A stretch of DNA of 64,000 nucleotides, taken from NCBI RefSeq assembly GCF_000143415.4, contig NW_003314376.1, positions 208,844 through 272,843 on the forward strand. The letters are read 5' to 3'. The position numbers and the translations under genes are program-made. The stretch comes from Selaginella moellendorffii (lineage: Eukaryota; Plantae; Lycopodiophyta). Below, piece after piece: positions 1 through 11,746 of this stretch. Under the pieces are notes generated by a model. That model had not been told where the DNA came from. It did not search any database and saw only the letters and a program-made list of their open reading frames with translations. Positions within the stretch are counted from its first letter, which is position 1, and each line of letters begins with the position of its first letter.

Positions 1-53
1 AGCATTGGATACCCTCAAGTCACAGGCGGAAAGAAAGAAGCAAGCACACTCAC

Positions 54-173
54 AATGCCAAATGCTGCCGCATCAAATTCCATACGGAAGAGGCGCAGCA
101 GCTCCTCCGCCTTGCGCAGCACTTCGCGATCGGCCGCCATTCCCAGCCGCCGCTCCAGCGCCTTCATCTCCAT
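54..173 (-). CDS. ORC6: ORC6 (origin recognition complex subunit 6) exon 1, copy 1; gene runs off the window start
   Basis: Minus strand reads MEMKALERRLGMAADREVLRKAEELLRLFRMEFDAAAFGI then a GTGAG donor; same exon as the complete copies starting at 23821 and 52422; resembles the plant ORC6 N-terminus. Confidence 0.85.
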
Positions 174-203
174 GGCGCGCGAAGAACCTCGCGTTTGGAA
201 ATA

Positions 204-211
204 GGCGGGAA
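204..211 (-). promoter_or_regulatory. E2F-like site (TTCCCGCC) ~30 bp upstream of the ORC6 ATG; also at 23852-23859 and 52453-52462 (TTTTCCCGCC)
   Basis: Motif seen in all three ORC6 promoters; E2F sites are typical of plant pre-replication-complex gene promoters. Confidence 0.6.
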
Positions 212-482
212 GATAACGAGTTAACCTAAACCGCGAGGGTTAGAGATAAACGAACATTAATGGTCAACTATAGCGTTGTAGCCCCAATTTTATTTGGAAC
301 GATGGATGGATCATACAAAACTTTTTAAGATTGTAGAAAGCTGGAGGGAATACAATGACGACGAGAGTCCTTCATTTCTCGCAGTGAAGAACACAATCAA
401 AAAAAGGAGATGGCCGAGTAGATCATATCTTGTTGAATGCAACAATGTCACAGCTTAGGATGTACTCTGCCACCGGGCCCTC

Positions 483-2309
483 ATCAATCAAGAAGTATGT
501 CACTTGAGGCTGCTAATACTGCTCCGTTGGATCTAACTTTTGGTGTTGTGGGGTGTGATCATATTGGTATTGTGCCCATCCTTGATGTGTTGTTTGTTGG
601 TCTCCAGCTTTTGTGGGATGTGATTATACGGTTTATGTTGTTCTCAATGTTCTACCATCTTTTATTGACGTGGAGTGTGATCATGATATTGATTAGTGAG
701 CTATGGATGATGCAATTTAATTCTTGGAGAATGTTTGAGGATTAAGTTTGTGGAAAAACAATGTGTATGAACTCGGGTGGATTCCAAAGTGTGATGATGA
801 GCTTGATTATTATAGAGATAGTTTTGGAGATGAAGTGGAGGTTTCGTGAAGTAAGTGTCAATATTTCAATATGTTATTTAATCCTTTTTCGTTCCCTTCT
901 ACTCTTTCCCAATTATTTTTTTATTTTTCAGCCTGAGCCACCTTCTCAAGTTCTTAGTATTTCTTCTTCATTTGTAGTGTTTTCTTCTTTTGGCACGTCG
1001 ATCATTTATAACTCTTATGATTCTAATTCTCAATCAGTGTTGAGTTGAGTGTTTTCTATCCTCCTCATACTAATCTGGATATTGAATGTATCCATGAAGT
1101 TGAGAATCTTGCTTTTATTTTGTTGGTAAAGTCTTTAGTTAGTTCTGGTATTGAGTATTTTACTTGTTCCAAGGTTAAGTCACTTTGGCCAGAGTTTTGG
1201 GTTGAATGCATGTCCCCATTTGTGAGTGTCATTGAGAGCCTTTGCTTTACTATTGCTCATGAAGAGTTTATATATTCTCTTGAGAGTGTGAATGTTGTTA
1301 TTGATTTTCCTATATCAGGTGTTAAATTGTGTGTTGAGAAAGTTGAGTAGTGTGAATCTTTTGCTTATATTGTGGCTGAAATATTTTACAAAAGGAAATC
1401 CCCTATTGACCAAGCTTTAAGCATATATTCTTTTGATTTTCCATTTTTGCATTGCCAATTGTTGCAAATTCTTCTTCCAATGCGTCTTTATCTACTTTTT
1501 CTTCCTCCACAATTGTTTTTCTTCAATTTTTCTTTCTGTTTTCTCCTTTCTGCCTTGACACTTCAAACTTTTTTTTCTTTAGAGGAGGGAGTAGAGGGGA
1601 CAGATGGGAGTCTGGCCCCAATGATGGAGTGAGGACGAACGAATATAATAATGGAGCGAGGACGAATGATATGGATTGTGGAGTGAGGATGACCATAACG
1701 AGTTTGAATGAAACATTCAACCCCGATATAATGAGGTAGAATAGATGCGATAGTGGAGTGAGGCCGGACATAAATGGTGAAGTGAGGACAAGCACATAAG
1801 TCCAAAAGGAGCTAGTGTTTCAAAACCATTTTTTCTTCGAGGAGGGGATAAGGAGAATGTGAAAGACGAACGGAGTGAGTCTGACCTCCTCAGTGCAAAG
1901 TTATGGTTGCGTGGTTGCATAAAGAGTTGCAACTGATTCATCAAGGTTCTATAGTGGGCTAATGATTATGCCATGGCTTTAGATTTTATTTCAGTCATGA
2001 TTATCATCAACTTTATTGGTGGTTTTGTGGGAGTTTTAGATTCTTGTGGTAATTTATAATTGCCCAACATAAACTCAAGATGTTCCACCTGACTTATCAT
2101 TATCACCTTCTCATCTTCCAAAAGGAGGATGGTGTAAAGTTTGTAAATACATATAATACATATATGTAAATATATGTATTACCCTAGCTAGGTAATACAC
2201 TAATTATAGACTGTCCATTTGGGACTAAATCTGATCCATCCATTCTTGTATATAAGTAGGGGCTTAAACTTTAATTAATATACCTTTTCCTTTATTCTGA
2301 GCACTCACA
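483..2309 (+). mobile_element. 5'-truncated non-autonomous LTR element (family C): internal region, PPT and 3' LTR (2133-2309)
   Basis: PPT AAAAGGAGGATGG directly before TGTAAAG...AGCACTCACA; same LTR bounds the TSD-flanked element at 35725-37030; no intact ORF. Confidence 0.7.
1620..1792. repeat. Degenerate ~30-bp tandem repeat (GGAGTGAGGACGA core) inside family C; also ~24980-25152
   Basis: Repeated tggagtgaggac/gagcgaggac units visible. Confidence 0.65.
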
Positions 2310-2310
2310 A

Positions 2311-5300
2311 TGTGAGTGCTTGGAATATGGAAAGGGAATATAGAAATGTGTATATCAATTAGCCCAAAAACCCTAGCTTATATACAGGAGCGAGTGGTCT
2401 AGATTGAAACCAATCTGACGGCTACCAAAATCCCACTACGCTAATATTAGTATATAGCATCATAACCGTACACTTGGCCCTCACATCATCCCCTCCTCTC
2501 GGGATAATGGAAGACCATCAGGGTTCTTTTGAAGATGGGCCAGGATCTGGAGGAACGTCAGGAGGAGGCATCGGTGGATCTATAGGTGGCATTAACTCCT
2601 CTTGATCCCTTTGTACGAAGCGTTTTAGCCGCTGCAAATGCACAATCTTTGGAGGATCGGCCTGCTGAATGTCATGCCGAACCTCATAAACTTGTGGTCC
2701 AATTTGTCGCAACACTTGATATGGTCCTTTCCATTGCGCAAGAAGCCCCTTAGATAAACCACGTACCGTAAGATGGGGAAAACGGACTAACACCAAATCA
2801 TCCACTTTGTACTCCACAGGTAGACGATGATGAGAGTTGTAGCGCCATTGTTGTCCCACTTGTACGCGGCCTAAGTGTTAGGCAGACTCTGCTCGGACAA
2901 GTGGAAGAATGCTCGTCAAATACTGATCCCATGATCTAGCATCGGCAGCACGTGGCAATCGCGAAGGTAAACCCAGCTCCGTTGGTAATATTGGGTCATG
3001 ACCATATAGGAGTTTATATGGTGAAGCACCAACAGAACTCTGCACCCCTGTAACATATGTATACCGAAGAAATGGCAAATAACCATCCCAATCCGAATGC
3101 TGAAAGTTCACATACTTCATAATCATCCCTTTGAATGTCCGAACAAGCCGTTCCACCAGACCGTCTGATTGTGGATGATAAACACTCGTGAAAGTGTGGC
3201 ATATCCCCAACCGAGATGTCAAAACATGAAATGCCTTAGCCATAAATGCGGGACCATTATCCGAAAGAATCCGCTCTGGACAAGAATGCTGGAACACCAC
3301 TCGATTGAGGAGGAAGTATCCAACAACAGTTGTAGAGGCGCTAGCAAGAGCACCAACTTCCACCCAACGAGTCAAGTAGTCAAAAGCAATAATAACGTAT
3401 TCATTGCCAGCAGTCGACCGTGGAAAAGGCCCCATAAGATCAAACACCACTAACTCAAACGGACGGGAAACCGCAATTGACTCCAACGGTCCTTCTGCAG
3501 CACGAGGGGGAGTATTACGAGCTTGGCACTAAACGCAGCTACGCACATACCGGATAATACCACGTTGCATCTCTGGCCAATAGAAAAACCTGCACAGCTT
3601 CTCGGTGACACGATGGTGTCCCATATGCCCACCTAGAATAGGAGAATCATGGTAGGCATGGAGAAACCACGGAATAAATACCGAAGGCACCACCAGCCGT
3701 AAATGATCATCAGGATCCGTCCCCACAAAATAAAGAAGGCCATCGTCAAGGCAATATTGAGAATGTAAATGCCGGAAAGGCAAGTCATTAACAAGTGATG
3801 CAGGATTCTCAAACCCATCTCGAAGCCTCCGAATCCACTTCTCAATCTTTTGAGCCTCGCGAACCTCATCAAGAGAAGGTAGATCTTGCTCTGCACCTTG
3901 TGGACATTGAACGTCAAGGACAGCAACCGCCGACGGCACAGAATCCTCATCTAGAAAATCCAACAATAGGTTCGTCAGAAACATGAGAAGTGAATGGAGA
4001 AGGAAGGGGAGCTCGAGAAAGGGCATCAGCATCAGCCATAGAACTCCCTGGGCGATGAACAACATCGAAATCATATATCTGAAGCTTCAAAACCCATCGA
4101 GCCGTACGACCAACTATGTTCTTCCGCTTCAACAATGAAGTAACAGCAGCATGGTCACCTTCAAGTAAGGTCTGAGAACCATGTAGATAGGCATGAAGTT
4201 TTCTCGAAACCCCAGACTGCTGCTAAACACTCCTTCTCCGTCGTGGAGTAGTTCATTTCCATTGGTTGTAATGTACGGCTTATGTATGCAATGGGATGGC
4301 GCTTCCCCAGCACACTCGAGCTCTCTTGCATCAACACACCTCCAAGACCAATGTCAGAAGCATCCACGCTCAAAATAAAAGGTCGAGTGTAGTCAGGATA
4401 TGCCAAAACCGGAGGAGTCGTCAATAGTTCTTTGAGATCCACGAACTCTCGCTCACAATCTGGAGACTAGATGAAAGATGACGTTGATGACTTCAGCAAC
4501 GCTCGCAATGGTGTAGTGCGATCGGAAAGATGATCCACAAAACGACCGAGATACTGCACCTTACCCAAAAAGTGCTGCACATCATTCACACACTTCGGAG
4601 TAGGGAACTTTAGAATAGCCACAAGTTTGTCAGGATCAACTTGCAAACCCTCACGAGAAATACGGTACCCAAGATAAGTTGTGTCCTTGGACCCAAACAC
4701 GCACTTTGACCGCTTCAGCTTTAAACCAACGTCACGTAGCCGATCCAACACTTTACAAACATCACGAACATGCTCCTCCCACGTCCCCTCCGAGTGGATC
4801 AAGACATCATCAATGAAGTCAGCAGTCACCTCTGGCATATCGCAAAGAACCTCGTCCATCATCTGCTGGAAAGTTGCTGGAGCATTGTTCAAACCAAACG
4901 GCATCACCAAGAACTCATACAAACCAAATGGTTAATGAAAAGCAGTCTTAGGAATATCTTCGTCGGCCATCGGTACTTGCCAATACCCAGAAGCAAGATC
5001 TAACTTGGTGAACCAACGACTTCACCCCAGACGATCCAAGAGATCAGCAGTGTGAGGAAGAGGATACACATCTGCGATCATCACTTCATTTAACGGACGA
5101 CAGTCGATGCAAAAACGAATACTCCCATCAGGCTTCGTCACAAAATGAGGTTCACATGCCCAAGGACTCCGTGACTTCCGAATAACACCCTTCTCCAGCA
5201 TTTCCTTGACGTTTACTTGTAAAATCTTGATCTCCTTAGGTGACCGACGATGAACAAGAACCTTGATTGGACGAGCATCCCCGGTTGGAATCGGATGATG

Positions 5301-7269
5301 TGTGGCAATCTTGGCCCCAGACGATAAGTCAAATTCAAAGAGATCAGAATACTCCTTTATGAGCTGGTCAACTGCTGCAACACAAAGATCGTCGGAGGGA
5401 TCGGAAAAGGGAAAAGCAGAACAAGATGGAAACACAAAAGGAAAGAGTGGGGGAACAAAAGTAATGGAAGTAGAGGTAGAAGTAGAGGGACGAAGAGGTA
5501 TGGAAGTGAGAGGAATGGATGAAACATAAGGAAGTATGAGACAAGGGGGAGAAGCCTCAAAGTCACACTTGGCATGATTGTGCTGCAACCAATCCATACC
5601 AAGAATGAGGTCAAAAGTTTGACTCGGCACCACCCGCAATGGCTGCAACTCAAGCTCGAGATCGCCCACACGCACAACCAGGTCCACCTCATCCCGTGCA
5701 CATGCATGTGTATGGCCGTTGCCATAAAGAATGAAAACTGGTTTCGCCGCACGACGCAAGTGTAAACGACAACGTGTGGCAACAGGTCGAGCAATAGAAG
5801 ATAAACTTGAACCTGTATCAACCAATACGGAGAGAATAATAGGAGACCTCTTGTTATAAAAATGAGCTTGGAAAGTAAACACTAGATGAACCGGTGCCGA
5901 GTGAACCCCTTGATGATACTCCCGAAAGAAAGATGGAGGGGTCACTAACTTATTCGCGCAAGGTCCCTCCGTTACTCGTGCGACTCCTCGTTTCCCGGAT
6001 GCATCTCGGTGTCCAGACCTTCCATTGCAGCAGCACCCACGGGATGTTGCTGACGCCAAGGTCTCCACCCAGGAAATGGAGGTCACCAATCCGGAAAACG
6101 ATGGCAACGCCGATAAGTATGACCAACTTCATCACACACCCAGCAGCGAACATCACGGCCACGACCACATCCTTGTGCTTGTCCTTGGACTCGAGCAGTA
6201 GCAGCATCAACCTCCATTGGAACAGGACCATCACCCATAGGAAGTGGAGTTGAAGGACGTGCAGCGAGAAGTGGAAGAGGCGACGTCTCATAACGTTGTG
6301 CCAAGTGAAGAGCATCGTCAAGGGTGGCAGGAGCAAGTGCATGCACAAGTCCAACAAGATCTTGACAAAGTGCTGGCCACAACATTCCTAGCTTGATCCG
6401 CTCCGACATATTTGGCTCCACACGAAGCAAAAGACTTCAGAAACAAATGCCAAATTGCATCACCGACTCAGATAGCCCTTGGCGAAGACGATGCAATTGC
6501 TGGAAAGCATCATCACAATCATCGGCATGTCCGAAGGCGCGTTTGAAGACGTCCGGGAGAACACTCAAATCCCCACGAGTGGCTGTGCTCAAACCATTGT
6601 ACCACTGCAATGCTGTCCCCTGAAGACACATGGGAAACTCACGCAACCGTTGAGCATCATCCCAAGAATGATATGTGGCAATCACTGTGAAGTGATCAAA
6701 CCAATGGTACACATCATCCCCAAGATTCCCACGAAAGAACTCCGGCCGAACGCGAGGATTGGCACCAAGAGCAGGAAGAGTTGGACCACGTGCCGTGAAT
6801 GCCGCCATCAATTGAGTTTGGTTGTTCAATTGCAAGCCCATAGCATCAAGCAATTAGACCAACTGCTGCTCGAGAGTCAAAGGAGGAGATTGCTGATCTG
6901 CCATGGGGAATGAAAAACAAAGAGCAAAAGAAGAGAAATGACAAAAAGCTAGAAGGAAATGGTAGATCTAGACAATGCAAAAAGCTAGATGTAAACCAAA
7001 ATCCTGAAAGGAAAGAACAAAAAGAAGGAAATGGAAAAAGCTAAATCTAGACAATGGAAAAGTTAAATTTAAACCAAAATCCCAAATCCAAGCACTCCTC
7101 AAGGACAATCAAAGGTGCCCTTCACCTCCACCAATGTGAGTGCTTGGAATATGGAAAGGGAATACAGAAATGTGTATATCAATTAGCCCAAAAACCCTAG
7201 CTTATATACAGGAGCGAGTGGTCCAGATTAAACCAATCCGACGGCTACCAAAATCCCACTACACTAATA
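2311..7269 (-). mobile_element. Ty3/gypsy LTR retrotransposon (non-chromovirus type), near full length, degenerate
   Basis: 3' LTR 2311-2485 (TG...CA, 175 bp) with adjacent PPT (GAGAGGAGGGGATGA on minus); 5' LTR from 7135 into the N gap; PBS TGGTGGAGGTG; domain order gag-PR-RT-RH-INT; no chromodomain seen. Confidence 0.95.
2518..6904 (-). pseudogene. Disrupted gag-pol: Gag with CCHC knuckle, protease, RT, RNase H, integrase
   Basis: CWVCDEVGHTYRRC; LVDTGSS; MPFGLNNAPATFQ, FIDD; VDAS, TTEKEC, ADALS; HDSPILGGHMG; SDNG, HPQSDGLVER; WKGPYQV; split by stops and frameshifts. Confidence 0.92.
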
Positions 7270-7788
7270 NNNNNNNNNNNNNNNNNNNNNNNNNNNNNNN
7301 NNNNNNNNNNNNNNNNNNNNNNNNNNNNNNNNNNNNNNNNNNNNNNNNNNNNNNNNNNNNNNNNNNNNNNNNNNNNNNNNNNNNNNNNNNNNNNNNACTA
7401 GATATTGGTATTGTATTTGAATTTGATATATATTTATAAATAAATATTTACTTATAAATTACTCATAAAATAACAAAGGACATTTTTTAAAGCTACACTC
7501 AAATGGTTTTATAGTAATAAATGTATATTCAGTAATACTAAATATAGTGAATTTATTCTGTAAATTAGGTCAGAAGGTAAAACCTCTATTAAATAGGAAA
7601 TATTGCCACTCAGATCTAAATATTATTTAAATTTAAATTTTTTAAAAATACCTGTTTAATAAAAATATTTCCATGAAAACATTAAGAAATTATTCTTTCG
7701 TGTACCAGAATATTTGAAAATATTTTTAATGACTCCTTTTGCTCTCTCTATTATCAGATCTGTATAGGACTACATTAAGTTGTACATT

Positions 7789-8042
7789 CTTGAGGTCAGT
7801 AGGAAGGCATTGATTTGCTTGTTACAACTTACAAGTTCCAAAGGCATTAGTTTGGTTTTGGTACAAGATCCAGGCAGGACAACATGCTTGGAATACAAGG
7901 AATGGAGAGAGGCCACCTTGAAACAAAATCCATCACCTAGTAAGCTTTTAATAATTGGTTTCTTTGGATTGATCAAGCATGCCCAATATCTCTATTTGTT
8001 TGTTCAGAAAAGCAAATGCACTTAAATTTTGAAAGAATGTGA
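7789..8042 (+). pseudogene. ORC6: ORC6 3'-end fragment in block A (also 26195-26447, 28360-28613, 37530-37781)
   Basis: QDPGRTTCLEYKEWREATLKQNPSP...NFERM* is a diverged inverted paralogue of the last ORC6 exons at 22463-22740; upstream exons absent. Confidence 0.8.
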
Positions 8043-8512
8043 AGGTGACGTTTCCAATTTTGAACTTTTGTAAGAAAAACAAGTTACTCATTTTAAAAGA
8101 CTTTTAGCTATACAAATATGTTGTTTACTAGCAAACCAAAATACCAATTAATATTAGTGTTTAGACAATTTGATTGGTACAGAAGACCATACCAGTTGAT
8201 TTATATTGTGTTGGTTTTACCAATTGCTTTACTCATCCTCTTGCATAACACTGCAAAGCAAAACACTATCCCTTTTCCTCCTCTTGTGATTACTATTACG
8301 ATAATATGTATTATTATTATAAGCATTAGTAACATTCTTCATGGTTGCCTACAGATGCAGCTTCTTGGCTATAGAAACTTGCTGGAGATGGTGGGCTTTC
8401 CAAAGCTCATCTCTCAAAAGGCTCTTGAAATGCAACAAAAGCTGCCAGAATCTCCAAGGATGAGTATTAGAATGGTGAAGAGAAAAGTTTAGCATTTTTG
8501 TTTCTTTGCTAA

Positions 8513-8569
8513 GGGGAGATAGCTCAGATGGTAGAGCGCTAGCTTAGGGATCAATAACCAGCATCTCCA
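8513..8569 (+). pseudogene. tRNA-Ala pseudogene with internal deletion (also 38264-38319; 5'-half only at 26927-26957, 29093-29123, 53515-53545)
   Basis: GGGGAGATAGCTCAGATGGTAGAGCGCT...CAGCATCTCCA with anticodon 3' arm and variable loop missing. Confidence 0.8.
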
Positions 8570-9007
8570 AATATGTTTGATTATTGGATCGTTCCAGGCG
8601 TTTTGACCGATTTTACTGGTGTTGACCTCTGGGGGAGCTATGGATGGATGTTGCACCGTGAGACTGTCAACAGAGCAATGCATAGATATTTATCTTGTGT
8701 TCTTTTTCCCACACTTTTGCAAACGAGTAAACAAGTTTCGTTCACTGGAAGTACATTAGGATTGAGCCTGGACATCAAATTAAAGATGTTGAAATATTCG
8801 TGATTGTGAGATTAAATCGCTGTTCACATCTAGGTTTGGGCTCTTTGGCATGCTCAGTTCAAGTCCGACAATCCACAGCGTCACAAGCTCTTGTTTTTTT
8901 CACAAAGCCAAAAGTACCTCTTTATTTTCTATTTTCTAAGTCAAGGGTTAGGTTATAATCTTTCTCGCTTGGATTTTTCTATTGTCGAAGCTCTCGTCAG
9001 GTAAGCT

Positions 9008-9763
9008 ATGGTCTCTCGCGCTCACGCCGCCCCAACGCTTGCCCGCCGAGCTCCAGCGCCCTGGCATGGCGGCCATCACCGAGCTTCACACCCGCGAGCT
9101 CCAGCTCTAGCTCCAGCACATCCACCACACCACCATGGACACCATCCTCGAGGAGCCCACGAGCCAGTGCCAGGTTTAGCTCCAGTTCTTCAAGGTGACG
9201 CTCCAGTTCGAGCCCCAGCGCCAGCTGCTTTCGTTCACCCTGCTCGCGGCCACCCTGCTCATCTAGCTCCAGCGCCTGATGCTCGCCACCACGATCCAGC
9301 TCCAGCAGCAGCAGTGTACCATCATCATCACGGTGATGGAGCTCCTCTGGTTGTTCACCACCATGGTCACCACCATGGAGGACGCCACAACCACCACCAC
9401 CACCACCACCACCACCACCACCATCGTCGCGAGGGTCACGACGCAGCAGTGGCCACACCAACACCCGCAGCAGTAGTTACAGTGGTTCGGAGGACGCCGT
9501 GGTCGCTGCTCCAGCTTCTTCTGTGGGTTTTGGTTGCGATCTTGGTGCTGCTCGCATTCTTTTTGCTCGTGCGATGGATGTTCTCTCGGAGGAAGCAGCG
9601 CAGTAATGCGATCTTTCAGGATCCCGGGTGGCAGATCGAAGTTGTGGTGGACGATTCTCTGACTGAGAAGAAACAGCTGGAAGCTCACACTCGTGGTTCG
9701 CACAGCAATGGCACTCTGGGATTCTCCTCAAAGTGTCCTGCCAACACTGGCAGTGACGCGTAA
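9008..9763 (+). CDS. His/Pro/Ala-rich single-pass membrane protein, AGP-like ectodomain (copy 1, 251 aa)
   Basis: APAP repeats, poly-His, hydrophobic WSLLQLLLWVLVAILVLLAFFLLV followed by basic RWMFSRRKQR; ORF intact in four copies; exon limits uncertain. Confidence 0.7.
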   Translation: MVSRAHAAPTLARRAPAPWHGGHHRASHPRAPALAPAHPPHHHGHHPRGAHEPVPGLAPVLQGDAPVRAPAPAAFVHPARGHPAHLAPAPDARHHDPAPAAAVYHHHHGDGAPLVVHHHGHHHGGRHNHHHHHHHHHHHRREGHDAAVATPTPAAVVTVVRRTPWSLLQLLLWVLVAILVLLAFFLLVRWMFSRRKQRSNAIFQDPGWQIEVVVDDSLTEKKQLEAHTRGSHSNGTLGFSSKCPANTGSDA

Positions 9764-10239
9764 GTCAGCACAGTGCATGCCTTGTCACATGGAAGATTGT
9801 GTACAAACAATCTTCAAGGAGATGAAGTTGCAGAGCAACAAGACAGCAGGGTCTTGCTCACGGACGGTGAAGATCACATACAAGGGTCCACTGGTGGAAG
9901 TCACCAGACTTGGAAGTTATTGCGCAGCTGGCTCGGAACATGGACTGGAAAGTAGAGCAGGAACCTACCAAGTTTCGATTTGACTGAGCTATCCTCTAGA
10001 GGTGACGGGGGAGCAGACGTTAGTGCACCTCCAAAGGCCAGAGAAGTTGCTTGAGACGAAAGGTTTGAGAAAAGGTAACGTACTACTTTTGCTCTCCGTT
10101 CTTGCAGGTGCTCAAATCTCAACTTCGATGAGAAGAAGCAGAGCAGGGCATAGCGGCCAGATAGGTTTCTCCAGAGTCAAGAGCATCATAAGCCAGGAAT
10201 CAAGCAAGTGCAAAATTGTGGAAGTATGGTCGAAGTCTC

Positions 10240-10571
10240 GTCGCAAGCAGCCTCGTGGACATGTGGAAGCATCAGAAGTGTTCAGGAGGACAAAGAAACA
10301 CGACGTTGGTTGCCTGGAACACGATCATCATGGGACATGCACGTCTTCTATGCAACGAGGAGCTGGCCTGCCTCCAAACGCTGAGACTTTGCATGGAGCA
10401 GCAAAACGTCGTTTCCTGGGAACAACCTTTGCTCTTGACTGCTACGAGCAAGCCGCAGCCAAACGCTCAGACTTTCATGGTGGCGCTCAAGGCACGCGGC
10501 GACTTAGCAGAGAAGAGGCTCCACTCACAGATCTGGGAGAGAAATCTGGAGGGAATCCACTACTCAGCGTG
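10240..10571 (+). pseudogene. PLS-class PPR gene remnant (also ~30895-31250, 40110-40460, 55295-55650 on +; 14014-14194, 33165-33560, 42285-42625 on -)
   Basis: LVDM..., VAWNTIIMGHA, PNAQTFMVALKAC/RG, LHSQI, SLITFYRKCGDVAASQEVF motifs scattered across frames. Confidence 0.8.
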
Positions 10572-11746
10572 GATATCTTTCCAATCCTAAGAGAAATGGA
10601 TATCTTTCCAATCCTAATGTCCTACTTGCAGTGACACGCCACTTTGGATACTTTGAATAACGAAACTCTTTTTTTCCTCGTTTTTCAACTTAGAACTCAT
10701 TGAATGTGATCATGGAGACACAAGCCATCAGCGTACACAAACTACTTCCCTACAGGAAACTGGGGAAAAGAAACACGAGATAAATATCTATCCATTGCTG
10801 TTTTGATAGTCTCACGGTGCCCAACCGAAAGCATGAGACTGATAGATGCAAAAATGCAAGTTGGATTATCTTTGTCATGTAGATGGCATCCTTGTTGTCT
10901 TCACGCTCCTGCCTACCAGTCTTCTTTTTCTTGGCCGGTGGAGGTCTCTTATTATGGCTGCCTCTATTGCAGACACAACATATCAAAGTAGTTTCATAAT
11001 GTCAGAGGCAAAAGCAAAAGAATTAACCCATCTGGGTACTGGAATAAAAGCCAGTTTGTCACAGACGGTAGAGCAGCAATCCAGTGACCCAACAGTGGAG
11101 GGAACTAGCACCATCCGGTTTTACTTCTTCATCGTGGATCCCTAGCTCCTCAAGTGGTCAACCATAGTCAACACCAGTAAAATCGGTCAAAACGCTTGGA
11201 ATGATTGAAAATAGTTGGAGATGCTGGGTATCGATCCCAGTGCCTCTCACATGCTAAGCGAGCGCTCTACGATCTGAGCTACATCCCCTTAGAATAGAAA
11301 CAAAAATGCAAAGCTTTTCTCTTCACCAGTCTAGTACTCATCCTTGGAGATTTGGGCGTCTTTTGTCACATTTCAAGAGTTTTTTGATTGATTCTAGAGC
11401 TCTAGCTATGGAGGAAAATACTCAAGGTCATGAGATCTCATCTTGGCAACGTCTTATTAAGTGCTCCAGGCCGAGGGATTTGTGGAGCATACCCCTGAGA
11501 ATCAAAAGAGATGCATGTGGAATCCATAGGATGGGTTGCTTGATGCATACGACAGGGCACTCCTTGCAAAGCTGGCAACCATGAAGAATGTTACTAATGC
11601 TTATAATAATAATACATATAGTAATAGTACAAAGAAGAGGAGGAACAAGGCTAGTGAATTATTTTGCTTTGCAGTGTTATTCAAGATGGGTAGAAGCAAT
11701 TGGTAAAACCAAGACAATATAAATCAATTGGTATGATCTTTAGTAC
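10572..11746 (-). repeat. Segmental block B copy 1 (other copies ~21159-24150, 33190-35290, 42283-44210 plus 50801-52725, 62778-63450)
   Basis: Recurs near-identically; is a diverged inverted paralogue of block A. Confidence 0.88.
11216..11288 (-). tRNA. tRNA-Ala(AGC); D-loop GG mutated to CG, possibly impaired
   Basis: GGGGATGTAGCTCAGATCGTAGAGCGCTCGCTTAGCATGTGAGAGGCACTGGGATCGATACCCAGCATCTCCA, 73 nt cloverleaf, followed by TTTT. Confidence 0.85.

Larger units (their letters stand above)
7398..10571 (+). repeat. Segmental block A copy 1 (other copies ~25697-27281, 27996-31380, 37031-40600, 53434-55876)
   Basis: Near-identical sequence and ORF translations recur at these positions. Confidence 0.9.

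Noticed and set aside
8118-8492. Hydrophobic 124-aa ORF repeated in A blocks
   Set aside because: AT-rich sequence between the ORC6 3' end and the tRNA, no recognisable domain; recurrence reflects recent duplication only
9006-9731. Antisense and alternate-frame ORFs over the His-rich gene (poly-G, poly-V, poly-T), repeated at each copy
   Set aside because: Shadows of the CAC repeat and GC-rich codons; only the His frame gives a coherent ectodomain-TM-tail architecture
7398-11746. Helitron or Pack-TE capture as the origin of the ORC6/tRNA/PPR fragment cassette
   Set aside because: No TC...hairpin-CTRR ends, TIRs or TSDs found around the blocks; segmental duplication suffices
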